A stretch of DNA of 20,000 nucleotides. It comes from Chiloscyllium plagiosum (taxonomy: Eukaryota). The stretch is from the NCBI RefSeq assembly GCF_004010195.1, contig NC_057718.1, positions 85,206,377 to 85,226,376 of the forward strand, read 5' to 3'. The position numbers were made by a program, and so were the translations under genes. The notes below the pieces were generated by a model. That model saw only the letters and a list, made by a program, of their open reading frames with translations, made no database searches and was not told the origin of the DNA. How positions within the stretch are numbered: position 1 is the stretch's first letter; every line of letters starts with the position of its first letter. Shown here one piece after another: positions 9,091 to 19,635 of this stretch.

Positions 9091-10480
9091 TCAAAGAGTT
9101 GTACAGCATGGAAACAGACCGTTCAATCCAACCAGACCATGCCAAACGTAATCCCAAACTAAACACTCCCACCTGCCTCCTCCTGGCCCATATCCCTCCA
9201 AACCTTTCCAAAACATGTAATTATCTAAATGTCTTTTAAATGTTGTAATTGTACCCACATCCACCACTTCCTCAGGAAGTTCATTCCATACATAAATCAC
9301 CCTCCGTGTAAAGAAAATTGCTCCTCTTGTTGCTTTAAAATTTCTCTTCTCACCTTTAAGTGTGCCCCTTAGTCTTTCTTCCCTTCCCGCAACGTTCTGG
9401 GATACATTAGATCAGGTCCTGTAAATTTATCCACCTCTATATTCTCTAAGACCTCCCAAACTTCGTCTTCTGTAATGTTAACTGTTTTTAAAAAATGAAA
9501 ATGTACTCCTCTGCATTCTCTATACTCCATTTCTTTCTCCACAATAAAAACTGATACAAAATATTCATTTAATATCTCCCATCTCTTGGGGTTCAACACA
9601 AAGTTGACCTCCTTGATCTTCAAGGGGCACTACCCTCTCTCCACTTACCCTCTTGCTCTTTATGTATTTGTAGAATCTCAACTGTCTGTGTGGAGTTTGC
9701 TCATTCTCCCCGTGTCTGTGTGGGTTTCCTCCGGGTGCTCCAGTTTCCTCCCACAATCCAAAGATGTGCAGGTTAGGTGAATTGGCCATGCTAAATTGCC
9801 CGTAGTGTTAGGTGTAGGGGAATGGGTCTGGGTGGGTTGCTCTTCGAAGGGTCAGTGTGGACTTGTTGGGCCGAAGGGCCCATTTCCACACTGTAGGGGA
9901 TCTAATCTAATCTTTCGATTATCCTTAACCTTATCTGCCAATGCTATCTCTTTGCCTTCCTGATTTCTTTCTTAAGAATGCCCCTATACTGTTTATACTA
10001 ATTAAACAGTTCAGTTGAACCAGGTTGCCTATATCTAAAAAAGATTTTCTTTTATTCTTGACTAGAACCTCAATATCTTTATTCATCCATTGTTCCTTAA
10101 TCGTACCAGCTTCATTCTTCACTCTAACAGGGACATAATACCTCTGAACACTCAATATCATACTCTTGAAAGCCTCCCACTTGTCAGTTGTCCCTTTATC
10201 TTCAAACAATCTACTCCAGTCAACTTTGAAAGTTCTTGTCTCGTACTATTAAAATTTGTCTTACTCCAATTAAAATCTTTAATTTTTAGGAAGGTTTATC
10301 CTTTTCCATTACCATTTTGAAACTAATAGAATTATGATCACCTGACCCAAAGTGTTCCTTCATTTTTATTCAGCCAACTGCCCAGCCTTATTGCACAAAA
10401 TAAGGTCTGGTTTTGCTAGGAGAATCGACCTATTGATAAAGAAAATTTTCTTGGAAGCATGTTATATTCTTCACCATCCA
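9091..10480 (-). mobile_element. HER1/CR1-type LINE fragments (3' UTR joined to pre-RT ORF2 region), interrupted by a SINE
   Basis: 3' end VWNELPEEVVDVGTITTFKRHLD plus tail at 9091-9370. Upstream ORF2 linker WEAFKS..LSVQRYYVPVR, FYKYIKSKR, ILNEYFVSVF, DKFTGPDLMYPRTLRE at 9375-10480. The RT core is missing at the ~9372 junction. Confidence 0.85.
9679..9913 (+). mobile_element. HE1-type V-SINE, 5'-truncated (no tRNA head)
   Basis: V-domain TGTGTGGAGTTTGC..TTCTCCCCGTGTCTG.GTGGGTTTCCTCCGGGTGCTCC.GTTTCCTCCCACA.TCCAAAGA, a LINE-like tail TTGGGCCGAAGGGCC..TTTCCACACTGTA, and terminal ATCTA repeats. Confidence 0.9.
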
Positions 10481-10574
10481 AGCCTTTAACACTATTTATT
10501 AAAGTCAGTGTGTGGAAAAAAATTTTTTGGGTGGGGGATGCTTCTTTAGTACTGTACAATCCCATTAAGGTAGT

Positions 10575-10817
10575 TAGAACATAGAAGAATACAGCGCAAT
10601 ACAGGCCCTTCGGCCCTCGATGTTGCGCCGAACCAAGCCCACCTAACCTACACTAGCCCACTATCCTCCATATGCCTATCCAATGCCCGCTTAAATGCCC
10701 ATAATGAGGGAGAGTCCACCACTGCTACTGGCAGGGCATTCCATGAACTCACGACTCGTTGAGTAAAGAACCTACCCCAAACATCTGTCCTATACCTACC
10801 CCCCCTTAATTTAAAGC
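10575..10817 (-). mobile_element. Young 5'-truncated CR1-type LINE 3' end
   Basis: Minus strand encodes FFTQRVVSSWNALP. The tail contains TCGAGGGCCGAAGGGCCTGTA..GCGCTGTA followed by TTCTATG repeats. Confidence 0.85.
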
Positions 10818-11084
10818 AACTAAGTTTTCAAACAGGCAACATAAAGAACATAGGCTGAATTTTACCAGCCCAGTGAGTTGGTTTGGGAGGCAGGAGGCCT
10901 CATAAAATGGTACAGAATGTATTAAGAGGGGAGAATATTGTCTTTCTGCTATCATGATTCATTAGCAAGTGGTAGTGTGGCCATGCTTACCACAAGGCCA
11001 ATAAATTCAATGAAGTGAAAAATTAAGGGCCACTCCTACCCCATCAGCATTTTACTAGAATCAGGAGGTGTGCTGTTGTGCAGA

Positions 11085-11414
11085 TAGAACAGAGAAGGTC
11101 TTTTCCCTGGGGTGGGCGAATCCAGAACTAGACAGCAAAAGTTGAGGCTTAGAGGAGAAAGATTTATTAGGGACCTAAGGGGCAACCTTGTCACTCAGAG
11201 GATGGTGCATGTATGGAATGAGCTGTCAGAGTAAGTTTTGGAGGCTGGTACAATTACAACATTTAAAAGGCATCTGGATGGGTATTTGAATAGAAAGAGT
11301 TTAGAGAGATATGGGCCAAATTCTGGGAAATGGGACTAGATTAATTTAGAATATCTGGTCGGTATGGACAAAGTTAAACCAAAAGGGCCTGTTTCCGTGC
11401 TGTACATCTCTATG
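11085..11414 (+). mobile_element. HER1/CR1-type LINE 3' end
   Basis: GTATGGAATGAGCTG.CAGAG...ACAACATTTAAAAGGCATCTGGATGGG...GGGCCTGTTTCCGTGCTGTACATCTCTATGA, homologous to the reverse complement of 9091-9345 and 16437-16750. Confidence 0.85.
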
Positions 11415-11438
11415 ATATTATGACTGCATGACTCCACC

Positions 11439-12370
11439 TTAGAACATAGAACATAGAACATAGAAGAATACAGCGCAGTACAGGCCCTTCGGCCCTCGAT
11501 GTTGCGCCGATCCAAGCCCACCTAACCTACACTAGCCCACTATCCTCCATATGCCTATCCAATGCCCGCATAAATGCCCATAATGAGGGAGNNNNNNNNN
11601 NNNNNNNNNNNNNNNNNNNNNNNNNNNNNNNNNNNNNNNNNNNNNNNNNNNNNNNNNNNNNNNNNNNNNNNNNNNNNNNNNNNNNNNNNNNNNNNNNNNN
11701 NNNNNNNNNNNNNNNNNNNNNNNNNNNNNNNNNNNNNNNNNNNNNNNNNNNNNNNNNNNNNNNNNNNNNNNNNNNNNNNNNNNNNNNNNNNNNNNNNNNN
11801 NNNNNNNNNNNNNNNNNNNNNNNNNNNNNNNNNNNNNNNNNNNNNNNNNNNNNNNNNNNNNNNNNNNNNNNNNNNNNNNNNNNNNNNNNNNNNNNNNNNN
11901 NNNNNNNNNNNNNNNNNNNNNNNNNNNNNNNNNNNNNNNNNNNNNNNNNNNNNNNNNNNNNNNNNNNNNNNNNNNNNNNNNNNNNNNNNNNNNNNNNNNN
12001 NNNNNNNNNNNNNNNNNNNNNNNNNNNNNNNNNNNNNNNNNNNNNNNNNNNNNNNNNNNNNNNNNNNNNNNNNNNNNNNNNNNNNNNNNNNNNNNNNNNN
12101 NNNNNNNNNNNNNNNNNNNNNNNNNTCCTTCCTGTCTACCTTATAACTCTCAATCGCCCCAATTGAACCTTCACGTCTCATCTTTACATAGGCCGCCCTC
12201 TTCCCTTTAACAAGGGATTCCAATTCCTTATTAAACCACGGCTCCCTCACACGACCCTTTCCTCCCTGCCTGACGGGTACATACTTATCAAGGACACTCA
12301 ATAGTTGCTCCTTGATCAAGCTCCACATATCAGTTACGCTCTTGCCTTGAAGCTTAATTTTCCAAGCCAG
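11439..12370 (-). mobile_element. Young CR1-type LINE spanning an assembly gap
   Basis: The 3' tail with (TTCTATG)n at 11439-11591 is nearly identical to the tail at 10575-10712. Beyond the gap is an uninterrupted ORF2 linker, LQGKSVTDMWSLIKEQLLSVLDKYVPVRQGGKGRVREPWFNKELESLVK. Confidence 0.8.
11592..12125. other. Assembly gap (534 N)
   Basis: Run of N. Confidence 1.
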
Positions 12371-12469
12371 TTGTTGTATGTTCTTTGCTTCTGTTGAGTG
12401 GGTCACTTTGCTAATTGTGGAAGTTCACTTGCACAGTTCTTTATCCAATTGTGGATTATTTTTTAATCT

Positions 12470-12573
12470 TAACCAACCTGTTCAGATGTGTTATTATCCA
12501 GCTCTTGAGTAGGTGGGACTAGAACCCAACCTCCAGCCTCAGAGTTGAGACACTACCACTGTGCCACAAGAGC
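12470..12573 (-). mobile_element. tRNA-derived SINE head
   Basis: Pol III A-box TGGCACAGTGG (12566-12556) and B-box GGTTCTAGTCC (12526-12516) at tRNA-like spacing. No complete cloverleaf. Confidence 0.7.
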
Positions 12574-13774
12574 TTTGTTAAAATATGGATCTCTGATACA
12601 GGATGTCAGATATTAAACTGATAAAAACAGATACACCTTTGTTCTTAGCCAAAATATTTGAATAATCTCAGGATGTGGCTCTGGTGATATGAAGTATTGG
12701 GTCAAACCATTTTTCAGTTACTTTCAAAGTGGTATGAGTAAACAACTGGTGAGATTAGGGTAGTGAGTATGATCATGTTGCTCTGTTTCACCACACATAA
12801 ATATACGAAGCAACAAATATGTTCACATTTGCAATACATTCTCCTGGATGTAATAATGTGAAATAAAGAACCTGCCTTACTACTTCATATCTTATCTTAT
12901 ACTGGATGTCTTCTAATTGTTACATTTCTATTTTTGTTTAAAGATTTTACTGCTCCTCATTCAAAAGTCTGACTTTATTACCCTTACCACCAATTTGTTT
13001 CATAAAGCCTGTTATTGTCTTTTTATTTCCATTCTTACATACAGACAAACATGAATCAAAGACCTTTCCAATCTCATTGATTTTAAGTGTATATCCCTTT
13101 TAAGAAGAACATTAAGTTTGCAGAGAGGGCACAAAAGAGATTTGGTAGGATGGTATAAACACAGGAAAGGTTCAGTAGACCTGGAAGTACATTTGGTGAC
13201 AGAAATATTTTAGGTCAATTATCCCTCCATGAGAACTAGAAGAAGTCAGTGATGTAACAGCTTTCAACAGGTGAGTACAGAGGGGGATACAGAGAGAAGA
13301 TTTTAAGACAAATGGGAAAGTCTGTGATCGGGTCAAAGACTGGAGAGATTAAATAACAAAAGAGGTGATGATGCAAAGCAAAAGGAAGTAATGTGATGAT
13401 TAAAGAACACTCCACTTTTGCGGATAGGCTATCAACCAATATTCACTATATGGTCACTAATTCCCGTTGACTACACTTCCTCATATGAAGCTTTTTGTAA
13501 GGATGATGTTCCATTCTCCATCTCTGTTGATCTGTTTTGACGATGCAATGTTCTGTACCAGTGTTTCTGATATATCTTCCTCCTTCATCAAGAACTCCAC
13601 TATTCAAGTTGATAGGACCCAGAACCTTTTCTGCTATGTTTTCGCACATCTGGCCTTCTCTTTTTCTCTTCCCTCTTTGATTCATGTTAGAAAATGAAAA
13701 CAAGGGGAGATTGTAACACTTGATTTTCCTAGTTTCTAATTGCACAACATAACAAGTATGAAGGCAAAGAGAGA

Positions 13775-14945
13775 TAAAAAGCAGAAGTAGGCCATTTGGC
13801 CCATCCCATTCAACAAGATCATCGCTAGTTTGATGATTCTTAACTCCATCTTCCTGCTTTATTCTCATAATTCTTGATTTCTGTATTGATTAAAATTCCA
13901 GGTGTCTCACTTTGGAATATATTTAATGACCCAGCCTCTGTCGCCTTCTGTGCAAAAGAATTCCAAAGATTGACTGCCTTCTGAGAGAAAAAAATATCCT
14001 TTTCGTTTGTCTTAAATGGGTGACCCCTTACTTTGAGATTATGTCATCTGGTTCTAGACTCTAGGCTTTCCCAAAAAAAGAACTCTGTGACTATGACTCC
14101 CTACATCTACCCAGTCCTCCTAAGAATCTTATATGTTTCAATAAGATCTCTCATTCTTCTGAAGTCTGATGAGTGTAACCCCAAGCAACTTAACCTCTCC
14201 TCTTAGAAAAGATTCCCTCCATACCTGGAATCAACCTAGTAAACCTTTTGTGAACTAACCCCAGTGATAGTGTATCTTTCTTCAAATGGGGGGACCAAAA
14301 CTTGCTCTGGTCGCAGTATTCCAAGTGTGATTTGACTAGTACTTTGTATATTTTAGCAAAACCACCCTATTTTTATACTGCATTTCCTTTGAAGCGAAAA
14401 ACTGCAGTCCATTTGCTTTCCCTATTACCTGCTGAACTTGAATCCTTCTGCAGCTTTCTGAAGTCTTTCCTTATTTAAATAATGTTCACCTCTTCTATTC
14501 TTCCTGCATATTCTCACATTTTTCCATTATTCTGTCTGCTAAGTTTTCATCCACTCACTTAACCTGTTTGTATCACTCTATAGACTCTGTGTCATCCTCA
14601 CTATTTACTATTCACAAATTTGGCTATACAGGGGGTCCTCAATTTACGAATGCCCCACTTATGAATGTTATCTCATATACGGGTGTAATTTTAAAGAACT
14701 GACATAAGAACATTTATTGTACTTACGAATAGCTACTTTGTTGTCCTACATTGTGGTCTGATTTGTGTACAAATCAATTTACGAATTGACTCATGAATGG
14801 AGCCCTTTCGCAACTTGGGGACTGCCTGTAGTACATTCATCTCTATCATACTTGTCATTAATATATATTATAAATGATTATGACCCTAGAACTGATGGCA
14901 CTTTGGCACTCTACTAGTTACAGGTTGCTATACTGAAAATGCTCC
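13775..14945 (-). mobile_element. Old CR1-type LINE (3' UTR to RT), interrupted by a MITE
   Basis: Tail GCAGAAGTAGGCCATT.GGCCC at ~13781, RSHLEYC-like coding at ~14315-14335, KANGL at ~14405-14420, and CTIAKF(V) reconstructed across the MITE. Confidence 0.7.
14629..14828. mobile_element. 200-bp Tc1/mariner (Tigger/pogo-like) MITE with TA duplication
   Basis: TA(14627-28) CAGGGGGTCCTCAATTTACGAA ... TTCGCAACTTGGGGACTGCCTG TA(14829-30). TIRs match 17/22. Internal TTACGAA repeats. Confidence 0.8.
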
Positions 14946-15054
14946 CTTTGCCTTTATGCCCAACAATGGTGATCCTGCAGTGCAAATTCACATACTGCCT
15001 TTTGTGTGTGTGAGAGGGAGAGAAATGCATGAGGCCCGGTTTTGGAGAACAAAA

Positions 15055-15372
15055 AAAGATTGCATTTTATAGCACCTTTCAGAACTACAGGATATCCCAA
15101 AGATCTTCACAGCAAATTAAATTTTGTACAGTAGTTTTTATTGCGTTGAACAAAACGTGTTATGTACAAAAATGTGATCATGGTTTTATTTTGATAAATA
15201 AACATTGGCTCTTGAAAATAGACAGAGTTCAATTCTGATTCTTATTTGAAACATGGTATTGTTGACAGTATAGCACTCCCTTAATACTGTACTGAAGTGC
15301 TTAAGTCCTCTCTTGGACTTGAGCCACCAACTTTCTGACTGAAAATTGAGGGTACGGTCAAATGAGCCATAG
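15055..15372 (-). mobile_element. Decayed DeuSINE-like (SacSINE1-type) element with tRNA-derived head
   Basis: Minus strand A-box-like TGGCTCATTTGA (~15369) and B-box-like GGCTCAAGTCC (~15324-15314), a CAGTA.AGTA.T.AGGGAGTGCT segment, and 3' end GAAAGGTGCTATAAAATGCAA. Confidence 0.55.
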
Positions 15373-15621
15373 GAGAATCTGGTAGATTTTCTTGTCAACT
15401 TGATCAACGACAAAGAAACAATGAATTCCTGTGATGCAAGAGAGTTTAACATGACTTCTATATCCTTGATACACCTTAATTCCATCCTCCTCCAGCAAAT
15501 CTCCAAGTGTAGTAAAACCAACTTTAATGGTCCCATCAGAGGCCATTTCCAACGAAAGCAATTTGTGGGAAAATATTATCATCTCACTGGACTATTAATT
15601 TATATATCACAGAAGCGATAA

Positions 15622-16415
15622 GGCATAGAAGGAGGCCACTTGGTCCATTGTGCTTGTACTGGCTCAGTATTAAAAAAATCCCCAATACCAATGTACAGCT
15701 TTTTCCCCATACTCTGCACAATACTTCTACCAACTATCCATCTAATGCCCTAATGAATTCCTTGATTAAACCTCCGTCCACTACACTTGCGTATAGTGCA
15801 TTCCGTACCTGAATTACTCACTGAATAAAATGTTTTTGCTCACTTCACTCTTGCTTCTTTTGCAGATTACTCTAAACCTGTGTTCTCTTGTTATTTTTTA
15901 AGAGATATAACAGTTTTGCCCTGTCTATTGTATCTAGTCTGCTCATGATTTTGAAAACCTCTATCAGATCTTCTTAAACCTTCTCTCCAATGAGAACAGT
16001 TCCAACTTCTTGAGTCAATCCTCATAACTGAAGTTCCTCATTATTGGAACCATTCTTGTAAACTGCATATGAATTTTCTACAATGTGTTCACATCTTACC
16101 TATAATGTTGTGCCCAGAACTGTATACAGTATTGTAGCTAAGAATCCCATACAAGTTCAACGTCACCTGATTGTCTCTACCTATTCTGCTACTTTCAATT
16201 ATCCACAAATATACACCCAGGTTGCTCTGCTACTGCACGTTACTTGGAATTGTACTGTTATTTTATATTGTCATTCAGTGTTTTTCCAAATAAAGTTCAA
16301 AACTTCACACTTATCTGTATTGAAACCACCCTTCTGCCTACTACACCAACTTGTTTATGTCCTCCTGGAGTTCCAGACTGTCCTTCTCATATTTTACAAT
16401 TCTTCTAAGTTTTAC
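15622..16415 (-). mobile_element. Old CR1-like LINE 3' fragment
   Basis: Tail CATAGAAGGAGGCCA.TTGG.CCAT, minus-strand remnants of ELFSLERRFKKI and LQYCIQFWA.HY. Heavily decayed. Confidence 0.6.
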
Positions 16416-16436
16416 TGAATAAACTTGTGCTTCAGT

Positions 16437-16750
16437 TATAGAGATGTACAGCACAGAAGCAAACCCTTCAGTCCAACTCTTCCCATGCTGACCAGATATC
16501 CTAACCTAATCTAGTCCCATTTGCCAGCATTTGGTCCATATCCCTCTGTACTCTTCCTATTCATATATCCATCCAGATACCTTTTAAATGTTAAACCCAA
16601 TCTCCACCATTTCCTCTGGCAGCTCATTCCATACATGCACCACCCTCTGCATGAAACAATTGCCTCTTGGGTCCCATTTTAAATTTTTGTGCCATCCTAA
16701 ATTTATGACCTCTAGGTTTGGACTCCCCTACCCCAGGGAAGGGACCTTGT
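16437..16750 (-). mobile_element. HER1/CR1-type LINE 3' end
   Basis: Reverse-complement homolog of 11085-11414 (ATAGAGATGTACAGCAC.GAA ... GGCAGCTCATTCCATACA). Confidence 0.85.
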
Positions 16751-17131
16751 CTATCAGTCTCTGTTTGAAATATCTGACCAAGAATACGGTATTCAATCAT
16801 TCTGTAAATTTAAAAGTTTGATCACATGCCATTAATCCCAAACTTTTAAATGTAACTGAGAGGCTCAACTGCTCTTCTGCACTCTTTATAGAGCCTCAAT
16901 AACCATTACCAGGATTGAGGGTTAGAAGTGGACTGTTAACAAGTCAACTCAGCTCTAATGATTGCAGTTTTGTTTTCCCTGTGGTCAGCACCCCTTAATT
17001 GTAAACCTGTGGTGAGCAGTTAGTGATTAATGTAATCAGTTTTCCTTGTGATGTTACTTCTAATGGGCCACCCATAAATAATCTTGAGTTTGTTTACTAC
17101 ATGTTCATAATTCCAGCTCCTTGAAAACCGT

Positions 17132-17490
17132 GTTAGGGAATTGGAGCTGGATGAACTACGAATCATTCGGGAGGCTGAGGGGGTAATTGAGAGGAGTTAT
17201 CAGGAGTTGGTCACTCCTAAGGCTCAGGACAAAGATAGATGGGTTACAGTTGGGGGGAGGAAAGGGGACACACAGACAGTGCAGAGATCCCATGTGGACA
17301 TTCCCCTCAGCAATAAGTATTCCGTTTTGGATACTGCTGGGGGGGATGACCTATCAGAGGAAAGTCATAGTAGTCAGTTCTCTGGCACTGAGCCTGATGC
17401 TGTGGCAAAGAAGGGAAGGGGGCAGAATAGCAAAGTACTTGTGGTAGGGGACCTGATAGTTAGGGGAAGCGACAGGAGATTTTGTGGTCA
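17132..17490 (+). mobile_element. CR1 LINE ORF1 internal fragment (coiled coil to start of SGNH esterase-like domain)
   Basis: VRELELDELRIIREAEGVIERSYQELVTP...RWVTV...IPLSNKYSVLDT...VLVVGDLIVRGSDRRFCG. The GDS motif reads GDL. Confidence 0.8.
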
Positions 17491-17569
17491 GGAGGCAATT
17501 ATCCAATTTACATTTGGCCTTAACAATATAAGACAGACTGCGTTGTGAGCAACAATTAAAAAGAAAACT

Positions 17570-19630
17570 ATTTTTTCATTGACTGGGCATTAATGGTAAG
17601 GCCAGTATTTGTTGCCCATCTCCAGTTGTCCTTGAGAAAGTGATGTAGTTGCCTTCCTGAACAGTCTGATGTCAGTATACCCACAGTGCCATTAAGAAGG
17701 GAGTTCCAAGTTTTTTTATCCAGTGACAGTGAAGTAACTGATATAATTCAAACTCGGGTCCATTGCTTAGAAGGGATCTTACAAAAAGTGGTGTCTGTCT
17801 GTTTGCTGCCCTTATCCTTCTGGTAGGGGTTTGCAATGTGTTGTTGAAGGTATTTTGGCATATTGCTGCAGTCCACTGCTACCACTGTGCATTGGTGGTA
17901 GAAGGGGTAAATGTTGAAAGTGGTGGATGCCTTACTGATCAAAGTTGCTTTGTCCTCGGTCACATCAAGCTTCTTGAGTATTGGGGCTTAGAGTCACCCA
18001 TGGAGAGCATTCCATCACACGTGACTTGAGCTTTGTAAATAGACAGATTGAGGATTTGGAGGTGAATAACTTGCTGCGAAGTTCCCAACCTCTTACCTGC
18101 TGTTGTCGCCACAGCATTTATATGGCTGGTTCAGTTCAAATCTGGGCAATGATAAATCCCAGGATGTTGATTTGAGAGATACTGCAACGGTGATGCCGTA
18201 GAATGTCAAGGGAGTTAGGTATTCTCTTTTGTTGACATTGCTCACTGTCTGGTATTTTTGTGGTTTAAATGTTACTTGCATTTATCAATCCAATCCTGAA
18301 TGTTATTTAGGTTTTGTTGCATATGGACACTGAATACTTTAGTATTTGAGTTATTGTGAATGGTACTGAACAATGTGCAATCGTCAGTGCAAATGTTTGA
18401 CTTTACGAAGTGTGGAAGGTCCATGATGAAACATGGACAACTGAAGTGAAGTCAGGAGCTGAATGGCACTGGTGGAACTAAAACTGAACATTGGTGAACA
18501 GGTCATTGCTGTGTAAATGCTGCTTAGTGAAACACCATCCATCCCTTTGCAAGTGATTGAGAGTAGATTTATGGAGTAGTAATTGGCTAGATTAATTTTG
18601 TAGCAGACAGAGTGTAGCCTGGCAACTTTCCACATTGTCCGATTAATACCAGTGTTTCAGCTATATTGGAACAGCTTAGTTTCAGGGCACAGGTAGTTCT
18701 GGAGCACTGATCTTCAATATTAAAGCTTTTGCAGGATGTTGTTATAGACCATATTGTTTTCTGTATTCAGCCATTTGTTGATATCATGCGGAATGAACCA
18801 CACAGTGTGAAAAATGTATCTGGGATGTTGGGGCCTCAGAAGAAGGCTACATGTGGTTGCAAGTGCTTCATTCTTGTCATTTGCATTTCTGGACTCCAAC
18901 ATTGTTGAAGATATTTATGGAGCCTCCTCGTATGGTTAGTTGTCCACCACTCTTTATGATAGAATGTGGCAGGTGTGCAGAATTTAGATCTGATTTATTA
19001 ATTGTGGAATCACTTAACTGTATATGTGGCATGCTGTTTTCACGGTTTAGCATGCATTTATGCCAATGTTGTCGATTCACGAGGTTGACAGCTAATTTTT
19101 GGGTCTCGTTGGTGCTGTTTGTGATATGCTGTCTGCACTCCTCAGACATGGGTTCACATCCTGCCTGTGTGGTAATGGTAGATTGAGGGATATGCTGGGA
19201 CATGAGGTTACAGATTATGGTTGCGTATAATGATGCTGATGATTATTCCTGATGTTTCAAGGATGCCCAGTTTTCAGCCACTTGATTCTTTTTAAATCTA
19301 TCCTACTTAAATGGTCATAAGGCTACACAGGGACTTTATCTCCAACATGACTGAGTGTTGGCCACTGCTACCAATACAGTCAGGTGCAGTAGCATCTGTT
19401 AGGTGGATTGGTGAGGTTAAGTAGGTTTCTTTTCATTTCTTTGGTTCATTTACAATCTGTGATGGTTGTCACTGTAACATAGTTATCCCAGTTTCTGGGA
19501 TAGCTATGTCCTTTAGGACTTGGTTAGCTTGTTCAGTAATGGTGCTATCAAGCCCCCCCCGCCCCTCCTTGCTATAGACATTGAAATACCTCTACTCTGA
19601 GGAAATACTGCACCCTTGACACTCTTAATG
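17570..19630 (-). mobile_element. Old decayed CR1/L2-group LINE
   Basis: Minus-strand remnants HIPQSTIT, WKVA...NLANYYSINLLSI.CKGMDGV, DDCTLFSTI and QVTFKPQKYQ. The 3' region is homologous to 1025-1350. Confidence 0.65.
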
Positions 19631-19635
19631 CTTCT

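Noticed and set aside
10855..11060. Possible DNA-transposon end (GGCTGAATTTTACC)
   Set aside because: No matching second terminus or TSD found, so it is too weak to call.
11555..12406. 283-aa and 190-aa ORFs
   Set aside because: Mostly N. The real part is CR1 ORF2 linker.
12500..12573. tRNA gene
   Set aside because: A and B boxes are present, but I could not build acceptor and anticodon stems. It is better explained as a SINE head.
12925..13080. Candidate exon-2 acceptors (TTTTTGTTTAAAG at ~12942; TTACATACAG at ~13044)
   Set aside because: The frames following ATG hit stops or give unrecognisable peptides, and there is no good donor.
13214..13276. 57-nt candidate exon (TTTTAG ... CAG|GTGAGT)
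   Set aside because: It has stop codons in all three frames and appears to lie in decayed repeat sequence. At most a cryptic non-coding exon.
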